Positions 31,774 through 39,779 of a stretch of 39,779 nucleotides of DNA are shown piece by piece. Under the pieces are notes generated by a model. The model did not search any database, was not told where the DNA came from, and saw only the letters and a list, made by a program, of their open reading frames with translations. The position numbers and the translations under genes were made by a program. Within the stretch, counting starts at the first letter, position 1; every line of letters starts with the position of its first letter. The DNA is from an uncultured Chitinophagaceae bacterium (GTDB lineage Bacteria; Bacteroidota; Bacteroidia; Chitinophagales; Chitinophagaceae): positions 1 to 39,779 of the forward strand of contig CAYXHX010000002.1 of NCBI GenBank assembly GCA_964464835.1, given 5' to 3'.

Positions 31774-34266
31774 TTAAAACGGTGCAGCATCTTCATCACC
31801 AAACCATCTGTACCTGGCTGAAATACTATTTATTTTTCGGACAATATCCGAATGATATTGGATATTCTTCCAGTCTGCATATTCCTTTATTGCATTATTA
31901 ATTCGCATCATTGATGGCCGGTAAGTTATTGGTGTATTATTTTCTCTGTAATAATCATCTAAATTTTGTTTAAATGCATCATTGCTTATCCATTCCTGTT
32001 TTGTCCAATATGGGAAATACTCTTTAATAAAATGATAAATAACCTGCCCCCATGTTTGTTCAAATTGTTTAACCCATCCACTCCCGCTTAAATCCATCAT
32101 TCCAATTTTTCTATTATGGTTTATAAAATATTGTATGCCTTTTGCCATTATAGTATCAAATCCTGCCCAATCAGTTTCATTCCAATCATTAGGGAAATGA
32201 GCGTCAAAATATACATCAATTCCACCGGACTTTGTGAAGAAGTCTGTAAATTCAATCACCCTAATTCTGCGTTTCAATCCTCCATCAGCCACATCACAAG
32301 AATAGTTTGTTTGAATTAAGAATTTAGGCATTTTATCAGAAGTTACATCAATTTCATCTTTAAACAATTTTTTCATAATGCCTGTGCCGGTACTCAATTC
32401 TTTTAAAAACAGGTAATTGAAATTTTTTGGTACATCGCTAAGGCAAAATATTTTTTGTCCGTTCCAGCTTTGCAGAAACTTTTCATCATATTTCACCTGC
32501 GATCCTGGCTTGCCGACGAAAGAAGTAATTTTTTTAAATAGTTCACTAAAAACATTTTTTCCGGCTCCACCCCCTTCCTTTGGATTTTCGCATTGTTCAG
32601 TTAGGACAATTATATAACCGGCTGTTTCATCTTTAAATTCATGGGCTAAATATCCAATGCAATTAAGTATATATTTTTCATTTTTTTCATAGTCGGTTGA
32701 GAGTTTAAGAAACTCAATATATTTCCCATTTGTCCCGAAATTATAATTTCTATTTTGAACAGATTTTTTCCAAATTAGTTTATCAATTTTTGGCAACAAT
32801 TCTATTTTTTCAGCAGTAATTTTTAGTATGCCATTTAAGTAGCATTTGTAGGATGCTGTTTTTGTATCTTGTAAAATAAAATATTCGGGTAAAATTGCCA
32901 ACCTGGATATAGTAAATTTTCCATGTTTTTCAATAAAGACTTCGTATGCGTTGCAAATATCTTTATATAAATCGGCATCTTCCTCTTGTATATATTCTTT
33001 TACAGTATCGAAAAAAAAACGTTCATCAACTTCATTAATGTAAGTATCATCACACTGTACTATTTGCCCTTCGTATAATTTAAAACCAAGCCCATCACAA
33101 ACACGATAAAGAAGCTCCCTGTCAATTTGAATACCATGTTGTGCGCTATCTATCCAAAACATTCCAAAAGGATGCTGTTTGTCAAGTTTTGATGAAATAT
33201 CAGCGAATAAAGAAGCTCCATCATTACTAATATTTTTCGGCAAAGGTTTATTATTTATAGCAGCCGCCTTTACAAGTTTGCTTTCAATTTTCGGTTTTAT
33301 TTTCCCATAACCTTTTGAAACGAGGTCGGCATATAATTTTTTCTTATCACCATTAAATTTTATAGTGCATAATAAGTTAGAAGGGGAATAGCCTTTATTA
33401 GCATCCAACTCGGTAGAAGCTGTGAAGCAATAAAAAAAGCGTTTTTGAAGATTAAAAGAAATTGATACACCTTTATTTTTGCCAGGCCTTGTAAACCAAA
33501 TAAAATGGTTATTAGATTTATAAACATTCCAACCCAATTCCTTCATCAATTCCTCCGGGTTGCATCTATTATCAAAATCTTCAAAAGGGTTAGTGTCATA
33601 AAATCGAATATCATTATTAGTGGGCTTATAGGTATTTTGAATTTTAATTATTTCGCTGTACCCTTTGCATAAATTCAATATACTTTGCCTTTCAAATTCA
33701 GTTATAACAGGGATGGGTATATCTTTTACAACCTTATAGCCCAATGCAGGGGGGGCCACAACATAGCCGCCCTCTCCTCTTGTTTCTAAAAAATTATAAG
33801 TTTTATTTTTCGGGTGGGTTAATAATTCCTCTTTTGTTGCGGGCCTACCTGCCAATTTTTGATTGCCTTCTACTTCGGATTCGCACCTGTACAAAATATG
33901 GTAGCCCCCGGATGGGCTTTTATGGATTCTTAGTTTTTGTAAAAGGTCGGGATAAAGTGTTTTTAAATCTGAAAAAAGTATTGCATCAATACCGGGTTTA
34001 TATTTAACATCAATATCAATTATTTCAAGGTTTCCGCTTACTTTGCCTCCGACAATACCGACTGCAATAGTATTATATTTAATATCCATGAGTTCAAATA
34101 ATCTGTCTTTAGCAATTATTTGAAATTGATATTCCTTCCATGATGATCCGTATGGGCTTTTTGCCACGCCATGAGCATCCTCTTTATCACGTACAGGGAT
34201 TATGGAAATTCCGTTATCAATATATTTTTCAATTTCGTTCCAAACTGGTAGTAATTCTGCGCTCAT
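31774..34266 (-). CDS. Bifunctional primase-polymerase (AEP) fused to a D5/P4-like SF3 NTPase
   Basis: AEP motifs are present: LEIIDIDVK (DxD), SPSGGYHILYR (sGG.H) and ETRGEGGYVVAPP. A downstream P-loop-like EGGGAGKNVF lies in a large C-terminal domain. Confidence 0.85.
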   Translation of the reverse strand: MSAELLPVWNEIEKYIDNGISIIPVRDKEDAHGVAKSPYGSSWKEYQFQIIAKDRLFELMDIKYNTIAVGIVGGKVSGNLEIIDIDVKYKPGIDAILFSDLKTLYPDLLQKLRIHKSPSGGYHILYRCESEVEGNQKLAGRPATKEELLTHPKNKTYNFLETRGEGGYVVAPPALGYKVVKDIPIPVITEFERQSILNLCKGYSEIIKIQNTYKPTNNDIRFYDTNPFEDFDNRCNPEELMKELGWNVYKSNNHFIWFTRPGKNKGVSISFNLQKRFFYCFTASTELDANKGYSPSNLLCTIKFNGDKKKLYADLVSKGYGKIKPKIESKLVKAAAINNKPLPKNISNDGASLFADISSKLDKQHPFGMFWIDSAQHGIQIDRELLYRVCDGLGFKLYEGQIVQCDDTYINEVDERFFFDTVKEYIQEEDADLYKDICNAYEVFIEKHGKFTISRLAILPEYFILQDTKTASYKCYLNGILKITAEKIELLPKIDKLIWKKSVQNRNYNFGTNGKYIEFLKLSTDYEKNEKYILNCIGYLAHEFKDETAGYIIVLTEQCENPKEGGGAGKNVFSELFKKITSFVGKPGSQVKYDEKFLQSWNGQKIFCLSDVPKNFNYLFLKELSTGTGIMKKLFKDEIDVTSDKMPKFLIQTNYSCDVADGGLKRRIRVIEFTDFFTKSGGIDVYFDAHFPNDWNETDWAGFDTIMAKGIQYFINHNRKIGMMDLSGSGWVKQFEQTWGQVIYHFIKEYFPYWTKQEWISNDAFKQNLDDYYRENNTPITYRPSMMRINNAIKEYADWKNIQYHSDIVRKINSISARYRWFGDEDAAPF

Positions 34267-35788
34267 TTGTTGTATTTTTTAGTGGATTAATCCATTTTTT
34301 AAAGTGTTTTTCCAATTCTAAATATAAATTTTCTTTCGCCCGGTCTTTGTGCCATTGATTAAATTTTTTCCCTGTTTCATTACACCATTCTTTTGCTTTT
34401 TCATTATAGTTATTCAAAATAAACAATAAAATTTCATCATTTAAATTCGGGACTGTTTGTTTTGCGTGTAAAGCCAAATCTTTACCGATTTTAAAAAATG
34501 GATAGTATTCTTTTTTTTCTTTATTGCCTTCAATTATCTCTTTAACATTAATTCCTTTAGTAATTACAATAAATTCTCCCAATTGTTCTTCCAACTGTGC
34601 TTCCCTTGCAGGGAACTCAAAGCCACATATTTTACAAGCCTTTCCCTGTGCCGGGATTATAGCATAGCATTGGGGACAATTTTTCACCGGCGCCACACCC
34701 TCTTTATCTTTAGCTTTTGGTGGATTAAAAAAAATATGCTCCCAATCCCGGCTATCACACCAATCACCGTGCGCCATAGCATTGCCACCCATATCTATAA
34801 TTGTGAAAGCATTTTTTTGATCTGTTGGCCGGGATGCCCTTCCTGAACATTGTAGCCAAAGGGTCATGCTTTTTGTTGCTTTATTAAAAATACAAGTTTC
34901 GATTGAAGGTTCATCAAACCCTGCTGTAAGTATTCCTACATTATTTAGGATTGCATCAGGCGTGTGTTTGTACCAATTTAAAATATTAGTCCGTTCAGTA
35001 GTGCTCATTGTACTATCCAAATGTCGGGCATTATACCCGGCTAATTTAAACGCATTATTAACCTGTATGGAATGTTCGATGGTGCAATTAAAAATAATTG
35101 TCTTAGTTCCTTTTGCCCATTTTTCATAAGCCTGTACGGTGTTATTGATATATCGGGGCTGTGAAAATGCTTCACCCATCAATCCATCGTCAAAATCATT
35201 TCCTTTAACGGATAGTACGGCTCTGCTAACAACATCCTTTGGAGCGAATGTTATATTTTGGCAAAGGCTGCCTGATTTAATGAGGTCGGGTATATCAATT
35301 CCGCAAACAATATCTTCATAATATTCTTTCATTGGATGCCTCCTGTTCGAAGATAGCGGAGTGGCTGTAAATCCGATTATGAATTGTTTTGGAAAATGTG
35401 CATGAATTTTATTGAAAGTATCAATATGTGCTTCATCAATAATTACCATGCCGATATTTTTTAAATATTTTAATCTTCTATTTACACTTTCTATCATTCC
35501 AACGTAAACTTGTGCGGGCGGTATTGATTTCATCCCTGCTACAATAATTTGAGCGGATATTCCAAATGCATTAAAAAGTGTTGCCCGGGTTTGTTTTAAA
35601 AGTTCCTTTCTGTGTACTAAAATTAATACGGACTTATTCGACTTTTCAATATATCTTTTAGAAATGGCTGAAAATGTAATTGTCTTACCACCACCTGTTG
35701 CAAGCTGATAAACAATTTTTCTTTTTCCTTTAGCAAGTATTCTGGCAACTTCATTAACGGATTTTTCCTGATAATCTCTTAGTTTCAC
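34229..35788 (-). CDS. SF2 DEAD/DEAH-box DNA helicase with a C-terminal zinc ribbon
   Basis: LATGGGKT (motif I), IIDEAH (II), GFTATP (III), QCSGRASR (VI) and CPQC...CKIC. GTG start. The TGA stop overlaps the primase start. Confidence 0.85.
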   Translation of the reverse strand: MKLRDYQEKSVNEVARILAKGKRKIVYQLATGGGKTITFSAISKRYIEKSNKSVLILVHRKELLKQTRATLFNAFGISAQIIVAGMKSIPPAQVYVGMIESVNRRLKYLKNIGMVIIDEAHIDTFNKIHAHFPKQFIIGFTATPLSSNRRHPMKEYYEDIVCGIDIPDLIKSGSLCQNITFAPKDVVSRAVLSVKGNDFDDGLMGEAFSQPRYINNTVQAYEKWAKGTKTIIFNCTIEHSIQVNNAFKLAGYNARHLDSTMSTTERTNILNWYKHTPDAILNNVGILTAGFDEPSIETCIFNKATKSMTLWLQCSGRASRPTDQKNAFTIIDMGGNAMAHGDWCDSRDWEHIFFNPPKAKDKEGVAPVKNCPQCYAIIPAQGKACKICGFEFPAREAQLEEQLGEFIVITKGINVKEIIEGNKEKKEYYPFFKIGKDLALHAKQTVPNLNDEILLFILNNYNEKAKEWCNETGKKFNQWHKDRAKENLYLELEKHFKKWINPLKNTTNERRITTSLERN

Positions 35789-35844
35789 TTGTTATAAAGT
35801 TTGAAAAAATACAGGTGTTGGTGTGGACACCTGTATAAAGTTAA

Positions 35845-36333
35845 TTAAAATGGAAGATCGTCGAGTGGTTCATTTTGCACAGGCAGTTCTGGTGGTGAAG
35901 GGGGTAGATTATTAAATATTTTCCCATTACCAAAATAAAATTTGCCTTCAACTTCTTTTTTTTCTTTAGTTGAATTAAGCAGCAATGATGCATGATTGCC
36001 ATACTGGTCGGCTTCATCATTAATCCATTCTGTGAAGTTAAAATATACTTTCCCATTTTTGGCCCGGCTAAATGCGGAGTGTCCGGCTTTAGCTTTTTCC
36101 ATTAAGTCTGTGAAGCAAATGCTTCCTGTAATTAGTGTACTCATTGTTTTTGATGCCGGTTGTTCCTCCGGTAAGGTTGATTGTTTAGTGAATTTAATAT
36201 AGATGCCACAATTGTTGCAAATAGCTTTTTTATGTGGCCCGGTTTTAACTACATAGTAGTCATTGATTGATCCGCATCTTTTACAAATAATATTTTCATT
36301 CACTTTTAATAAATTTGTCCCCGATAGACACAT
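35845..36333 (-). CDS. SSB-like protein: N-terminal zinc ribbon, unknown central domain, SSB-type acidic C-terminal tip
   Basis: CKRCGS...CNNCG, then a central domain of about 80 aa, then a P-rich linker PPSPPELPVQNEPLDDLPF ending in the DDLPF tip. The ATG at 36333 is preferred over the TTG at 36345. Confidence 0.5.
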   Translation of the reverse strand: MCLSGTNLLKVNENIICKRCGSINDYYVVKTGPHKKAICNNCGIYIKFTKQSTLPEEQPASKTMSTLITGSICFTDLMEKAKAGHSAFSRAKNGKVYFNFTEWINDEADQYGNHASLLLNSTKEKKEVEGKFYFGNGKIFNNLPPSPPELPVQNEPLDDLPF

Positions 36334-36857
36334 TGGTATTCCCAAAATGCGGGGTTTGGTTTAATTGTTTTTACTTCTGTTTTTTTTCTTGCTTTATTGT
36401 AAGAAATGATAATTCCTATATCTGAATGTGTTGCAAGGCAATATCCGCTTATCTGGTTATCATAGCCAAATAATTTGGTTGCTTGCTCCAGGCTACCTGC
36501 GAGTACTTTTAAATCAATTACAACACGCCCGGCAAATAGCATATCGGCTCTACCTTTATATTTTAGCATCATACCGTTATGGTAGAAGTCCGCCGTGAAG
36601 CCAACCTCTTTTTCCATGACATTAAAAGCCGCTCCGATTCTAATCCTCAATTCTTTTGCAATAGGTAAAACAATATCAGCTTGTTGCCAATCGTATTTAT
36701 CCGGTTCATTTAAGTAGTTGTGTACACGCGTGCCTAAACGCATTCCTTCTGTGGGTTGAATAATAGTATCTTTTAATCCACTGAATGAAGTGCCGTGCAA
36801 TTTCAGGTATTCATCAAAATCCTGGTTATAAAAGTACTTAGTGTTATCTACTTGCAT
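36306..36857 (-). CDS. PD-(D/E)XK (RecB/Cas4-like) exonuclease
   Basis: GTRVH, EKEVGF, GRADML, VVIDLKV (D..D.K core) and QISGYCL (QxxxY). Confidence 0.7.
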   Translation of the reverse strand: MQVDNTKYFYNQDFDEYLKLHGTSFSGLKDTIIQPTEGMRLGTRVHNYLNEPDKYDWQQADIVLPIAKELRIRIGAAFNVMEKEVGFTADFYHNGMMLKYKGRADMLFAGRVVIDLKVLAGSLEQATKLFGYDNQISGYCLATHSDIGIIISYNKARKKTEVKTIKPNPAFWEYQCVYRGQIY

Positions 36858-37903
36858 ATTTCAGTAAATTGAAGGTTTGGGAATGATACTCCTTCATCGG
36901 TTGCCAATTTACTAAGATAATCAGCCATTTGCCCGATTGATAATTTGCTCCAACTTTTTACACGGATGTATTTTGTAAGATGCGGCAAATTGATAATAAA
37001 GGCTGAAATTACTGATTTTGCCCATGATTCTGATTCAATAACAACAATTTGAAGGTATGTTTTAATTTTCGAGGCTTCAACAATAACTGATTCGCTGCTT
37101 GCAATGAGCGTATTAATTGCCATTTCTTCGTTCAATTTTTTTTCTTCTTCCATTTCAAAAAGTTTCTGTTGTTGCTGTTGGTGTTTAATTGCGGCGGCTG
37201 CGTTAGCAACATCACTTTCAAAATTTGCAAACATTGTATCAAATTCTTCAAGCAAATCACTAATTATTTCTTCATAATTTGGCTTGCGAATTTCGGCATA
37301 AATTAATGTCATTTCCTCTTTAGAAATGTATGAAGCATTGAATTTATTAATTTTTGGCGGTGCAATTTCTTTCAATAATTTTTTTGCCAATTCTGTTTCC
37401 GTATTGTTATTAGTTTCAAGGCAACTTTTGTAATAGCGTGCCGTTTCTTTCCTTATATCTGTTCTATACTCATGAACAACCCGGGCAAATTCATTTTGAA
37501 CGAAAGCCTTAAAAGCCGCTACTTCTGCATTTTTTGCATTTTGTAATGCCGCCTTTTCCTGTTCAATTTTTCGTAATGATAATGATAATGTTGATGCTGC
37601 GATTAAATCAGCATTTGTTTTCGGATCAATTCTTTTTTCAAAAGCCATTAAGGGTTGAATGATTCCGCTATCAATAGCAGTTGTAAAATGCTTTCTTTTT
37701 TCAATCATTTCAGCATGAACCTTCTTATAATCCGCAATTGCGGCATCAATAGCGGCATAATCATTTGAATTTTTAATTGGGAGCAATAACCCCTGTGCCT
37801 TTAATTCAAGCCCGGAAAGTGTTTCCGTTAATTGGTTTTTAGCAGCGGCCATTTTTAGCCATGCGTTTTGTTGTCTTTCTGATAACACTATTTCGTTACT
37901 CAT
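36848..37903 (-). CDS. Hypothetical protein of the recombination module
   Basis: 351-aa helical protein with a poly-Q patch (HQQQQQK), located between the annealase and exonuclease genes. A possible DUF1351-like accessory protein, but I cannot verify this. Confidence 0.55.
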   Translation of the reverse strand: MSNEIVLSERQQNAWLKMAAAKNQLTETLSGLELKAQGLLLPIKNSNDYAAIDAAIADYKKVHAEMIEKRKHFTTAIDSGIIQPLMAFEKRIDPKTNADLIAASTLSLSLRKIEQEKAALQNAKNAEVAAFKAFVQNEFARVVHEYRTDIRKETARYYKSCLETNNNTETELAKKLLKEIAPPKINKFNASYISKEEMTLIYAEIRKPNYEEIISDLLEEFDTMFANFESDVANAAAAIKHQQQQQKLFEMEEEKKLNEEMAINTLIASSESVIVEASKIKTYLQIVVIESESWAKSVISAFIINLPHLTKYIRVKSWSKLSIGQMADYLSKLATDEGVSFPNLQFTEICK

Positions 37904-38160
37904 AAATCATTGGTATTAAATTGTGATGTAGATATTGTTTCATTTTGTTTTTGTTCCTCTTGTGGCGAAAATGCCCCGACAAACATAATTGTATCTTTCC
38001 TGTTTAAATCCCTTCCAAATAATGCCCCCAATTCTTCTGCTGCATCTTTTTTTGCTGCTGACTTAGCAATAGGGACGGCAACCTGAACGGCTCTTGTTTT
38101 AATTGCGCCAAGATCGGAAGCATTTTTGCCGGCTTCTGTTTGTATTGGACAAGCCCCCAC
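37900..38160 (-). CDS. Rad52/Sak-like annealase, C-terminal half (same frame as 38188..38472)
   Basis: ...AIKTRAVQVAVPIAKSAAKKDAAEELGALFGRDLNRK resembles the helix-K.A..da.KRa...lG..FG..L region of Rad52-type SSAPs. The GTG start is only nominal. Confidence 0.6.
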   Translation of the reverse strand: MGACPIQTEAGKNASDLGAIKTRAVQVAVPIAKSAAKKDAAEELGALFGRDLNRKDTIMFVGAFSPQEEQKQNETISTSQFNTNDL

Positions 38161-38187
38161 ACCAGCCTGCCATTCCCATTCCCCGGT

Positions 38188-38472
38188 TCATGGGTCTTTA
38201 TAATGCAGCCTTACAGTAACATGGATGCTTTGAAAAAGTTGTTGAACTTGCAAAACTTCTATTTTGGTTTTACCGAAAATACGTTTTAGCATAAAATCAA
38301 CTTTATCAACAGGCAGGTATTCCCCGCCACTTTTGATACCCATTTCTTTTGGGAATTGTTTCAACCAACTTTTATGCGGTGGTTGATTGAGCAATAGATT
38401 CAACTGATCGTTTTTAAAGGCCGTTTGCACGTCATGGTGCAAATCAGCGAGTGTAATTTGTAGTTTTTCCAT
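38188..38472 (-). CDS. Rad52/Sak-like annealase, N-terminal half, ending at an in-frame TGA
   Basis: ...GGEYLPVDKVDFMLKRIFGKTKIEVLQVQQLFQSIHVTVRLHYKDP resembles the yl....v...Ln.iFG / v.v.l part of the Rad52 N-terminal domain. Confidence 0.6.
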   Translation of the reverse strand: MEKLQITLADLHHDVQTAFKNDQLNLLLNQPPHKSWLKQFPKEMGIKSGGEYLPVDKVDFMLKRIFGKTKIEVLQVQQLFQSIHVTVRLHYKDP

Positions 38473-38490
38473 TTTGTTTTATTTTAAGTG

Positions 38491-38697
38491 TTAATGAACA
38501 TTGTAATAACCCCGCCAGTTTCTTGTAAGGGACTCCGAATAATTGAATATGTATCTTATCCAATCGTCAAAATTCTTTGCCGGATTGATCGGAAGTGTTG
38601 TTTTTTTAATGTGAAGTTGTTTAGGATTTACATTATCATACAATTCATACTCCTCAGCGCTTTCCGGGCCATCGCCAGCTAATAGTATTATTTTCAT
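38491..38697 (-). CDS. Hypothetical protein
   Basis: 68-aa ORF with an ATG start, tightly packed. Confidence 0.5.
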   Translation of the reverse strand: MKIILLAGDGPESAEEYELYDNVNPKQLHIKKTTLPINPAKNFDDWIRYIFNYSESLTRNWRGYYNVH

Positions 38698-38758
38698 TTT
38701 ATGTGTTTTTATGGTTCAAAATTTTGAATTGCAGCAATGAACGCGTTAAATGCAATGG

Positions 38759-38944
38759 CTACCGTCTGTTTATCTTTCGACTTTTTCTTGCAATTTTAGC
38801 CCGCACCCTCTCTTTCTTTTGCTTTTTAGTTAATGGTGTTTTTGAATATGGAGTTGGTCTATTATCATTCAATTCTACATCTGTTGGCATTTCGCCCATT
38901 GCAGCAAAAGCCATCGCTGCTGCTAATAATCCTTTACCTTTCAT
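38759..38944 (-). CDS. Small protein with a hydrophobic N-terminus and very basic C-terminus
   Basis: MKGKGLLAAAMAFAAMG...KKQKKERVRAKIARKSRKINRR. The ATG at 38944 is preferred over the TTG at 38992 used by the track. Confidence 0.45.
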   Translation of the reverse strand: MKGKGLLAAAMAFAAMGEMPTDVELNDNRPTPYSKTPLTKKQKKERVRAKIARKSRKINRR

Positions 38945-39114
38945 TGTTTCTAATTTTATACCGCCACTGCATTTAACAAGGTTTTGCTGCAATAGCGGCT
39001 GATTAATAAATATTTTACATTTTGTTTTCTATTCAGCTGTTGTGCATTACTCGGCAGTAGTTCCTTGATTTCCACTACTGCAAAGCAATACCCTCTACGT
39101 TATGGGCAATACTA

Positions 39115-39774
39115 CTACCCAAATAATCGAAGCTGTGACGTAAATTCTTTGAACCTTGCTTCCTGTGCTGCAAAATAATCCTTGTCAATTTCACATCCGA
39201 CATATTCAAGCCCCGCCTTATTGCAAGAAATTCGACTTGCACCGCTTCCGCAATGGGTATCCAATATTTTAAAGCCATCTTTTGCAAATTCTTTTAATAA
39301 CCAATCATACAGCCTTATAGGTTTTTCAGTTGGGTGTTCGGTATCTTTTGTGTTTACAAAGTTTGTCCACCTTTGGGTGTATTTGTAAACCTTCTTTACC
39401 CTTGAATAACTTGCTATTTCACATTGGCTGCTATCGGGTAATGGTTGTAATTTATCCCAAACTATTGCACCACCATTACCATTAAAGCAATTAAAATAAT
39501 TTGCACCCCAAACAATCTGTTCCTTACTTACCCTTTCAAGTTCTTTAAAATAATTTGCATCAGGTATTGAAATATCCCATTGTTTATCATCCCTGTTTTC
39601 TTCGCCCCTGCCACCAACGGGCTTAAATATTCCTACGCCAATTCCATAAGGAGGGTCGCAAATAGCAAGGTCAAAGAATTTATCAGGATACCTTGCCATT
39701 ACGGTCATACAGTCCTCATTAAAAACCGTACTGCCCATAACAAGGGGTTTGCCGCAAGTAGGGCTGACGTTCAT
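39115..39774 (-). CDS. DNA methyltransferase (N6-adenine/N4-cytosine family, beta-type motif order)
   Basis: AICDPPYG (motif IV DPPY), HPTEKP and ILDTHCGSGAS (motif I F.GSG), in the order typical of PF01555-type phage methylases. Confidence 0.85.
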   Translation of the reverse strand: MNVSPTCGKPLVMGSTVFNEDCMTVMARYPDKFFDLAICDPPYGIGVGIFKPVGGRGEENRDDKQWDISIPDANYFKELERVSKEQIVWGANYFNCFNGNGGAIVWDKLQPLPDSSQCEIASYSRVKKVYKYTQRWTNFVNTKDTEHPTEKPIRLYDWLLKEFAKDGFKILDTHCGSGASRISCNKAGLEYVGCEIDKDYFAAQEARFKEFTSQLRLFG

Positions 39775-39779
39775 ATCCT

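Noticed and set aside
38993-39114. Hairpin GCAGTAGT-N12-ACTACTGC (39055-39082) after the methyltransferase gene as a terminator, and a possible degenerate boundary-motif copy (TAACGTAGAGGGTATTGC)
   Set aside because: No U-run follows the stem on the coding strand, and the motif similarity is limited to TAACG plus GGGTATT. This is too weak to call.
39075-39287. 70-aa minus-strand ORF overlapping the methyltransferase 3' end (likewise 915..1133 and 16395..16577)
   Set aside because: These are alternative-frame shadows inside or across well-supported genes, with no independent support.
258-39388. All plus-strand ORFs in the track (for example 258..464, 4543..4845, 7438..7791, 17018..17422, 29875..30294, 38703..39002)
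   Set aside because: Each lies antisense to a longer minus-strand ORF that has recognisable domains or fits the phage gene order. Their translations are L/F/S/I-rich low-complexity strings typical of antisense frames in AT-rich DNA. All terminator U-runs and promoter-like elements I found are oriented for the minus strand.
1-39779. Genome-wide stop-codon reassignment (TGA as sense) suggested by the TGA inside the annealase
   Set aside because: Long ORFs (up to 864 codons) are uninterrupted under the standard code. TGA terminates several well-placed genes (34229, 20287, 8242, 5768, 5626) exactly where the next gene begins. Only a local event is proposed.

Overview
AT-rich 39.8-kb window that reads as a nearly complete siphovirus-like tailed-phage genome. 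Every credible gene is on the minus strand, so transcription runs right to left. Modules from right to left: (1) 39.8-31.5 kb replication and recombination: DPPY DNA methyltransferase, Rad52/Sak-like annealase, PD-(D/E)XK exonuclease, SSB-like protein, SF2 helicase, AEP primase-polymerase fused to an SF3 NTPase. (2) 31.4-31.0 kb non-coding iteron/AT-rich region. (3) 31.0-22.3 kb VRR-NUC nuclease, small and large terminase, portal, MuF-like protein, scaffold and major capsid. (4) 22.3-9.3 kb tail: frameshifted chaperone pair, tape measure, duplicated tail-tip proteins and a beta-helix tailspike. (5) 9.3-5.0 kb accessory and lysis genes: lipoprotein, GH5-like hydrolase, membrane proteins, glucosaminidase-type endolysin. 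(6) 5.0-0 kb small regulatory and accessory genes separated by unusually GC-rich structured spacers: XRE regulator, HNH endonuclease, cREC-like protein. The host is probably a member of the Bacteroidota, by inference: start codons lack Shine-Dalgarno motifs, promoter-like TTTG-N20/21-TATATTTG elements occur, and the SSB-like protein ends in DDLPF. I recognised no rRNA, tRNA, CRISPR array, integrase or reverse transcriptase. Points most worth follow-up: an in-frame TGA inside the conserved core of the annealase; a recurring stop-proximal intergenic motif (TAACGG..ATTGGCGATG); an iteron/AT-rich origin-like region; paralogous duplication of tail-tip modules; a Sec-signal-bearing tailspike followed by a lipoprotein; a GH5-like hydrolase; a zinc-ribbon SSB-like protein; and a tape-measure gene split across two frames. 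Product calls rest on motifs read by eye, and no database search was run.
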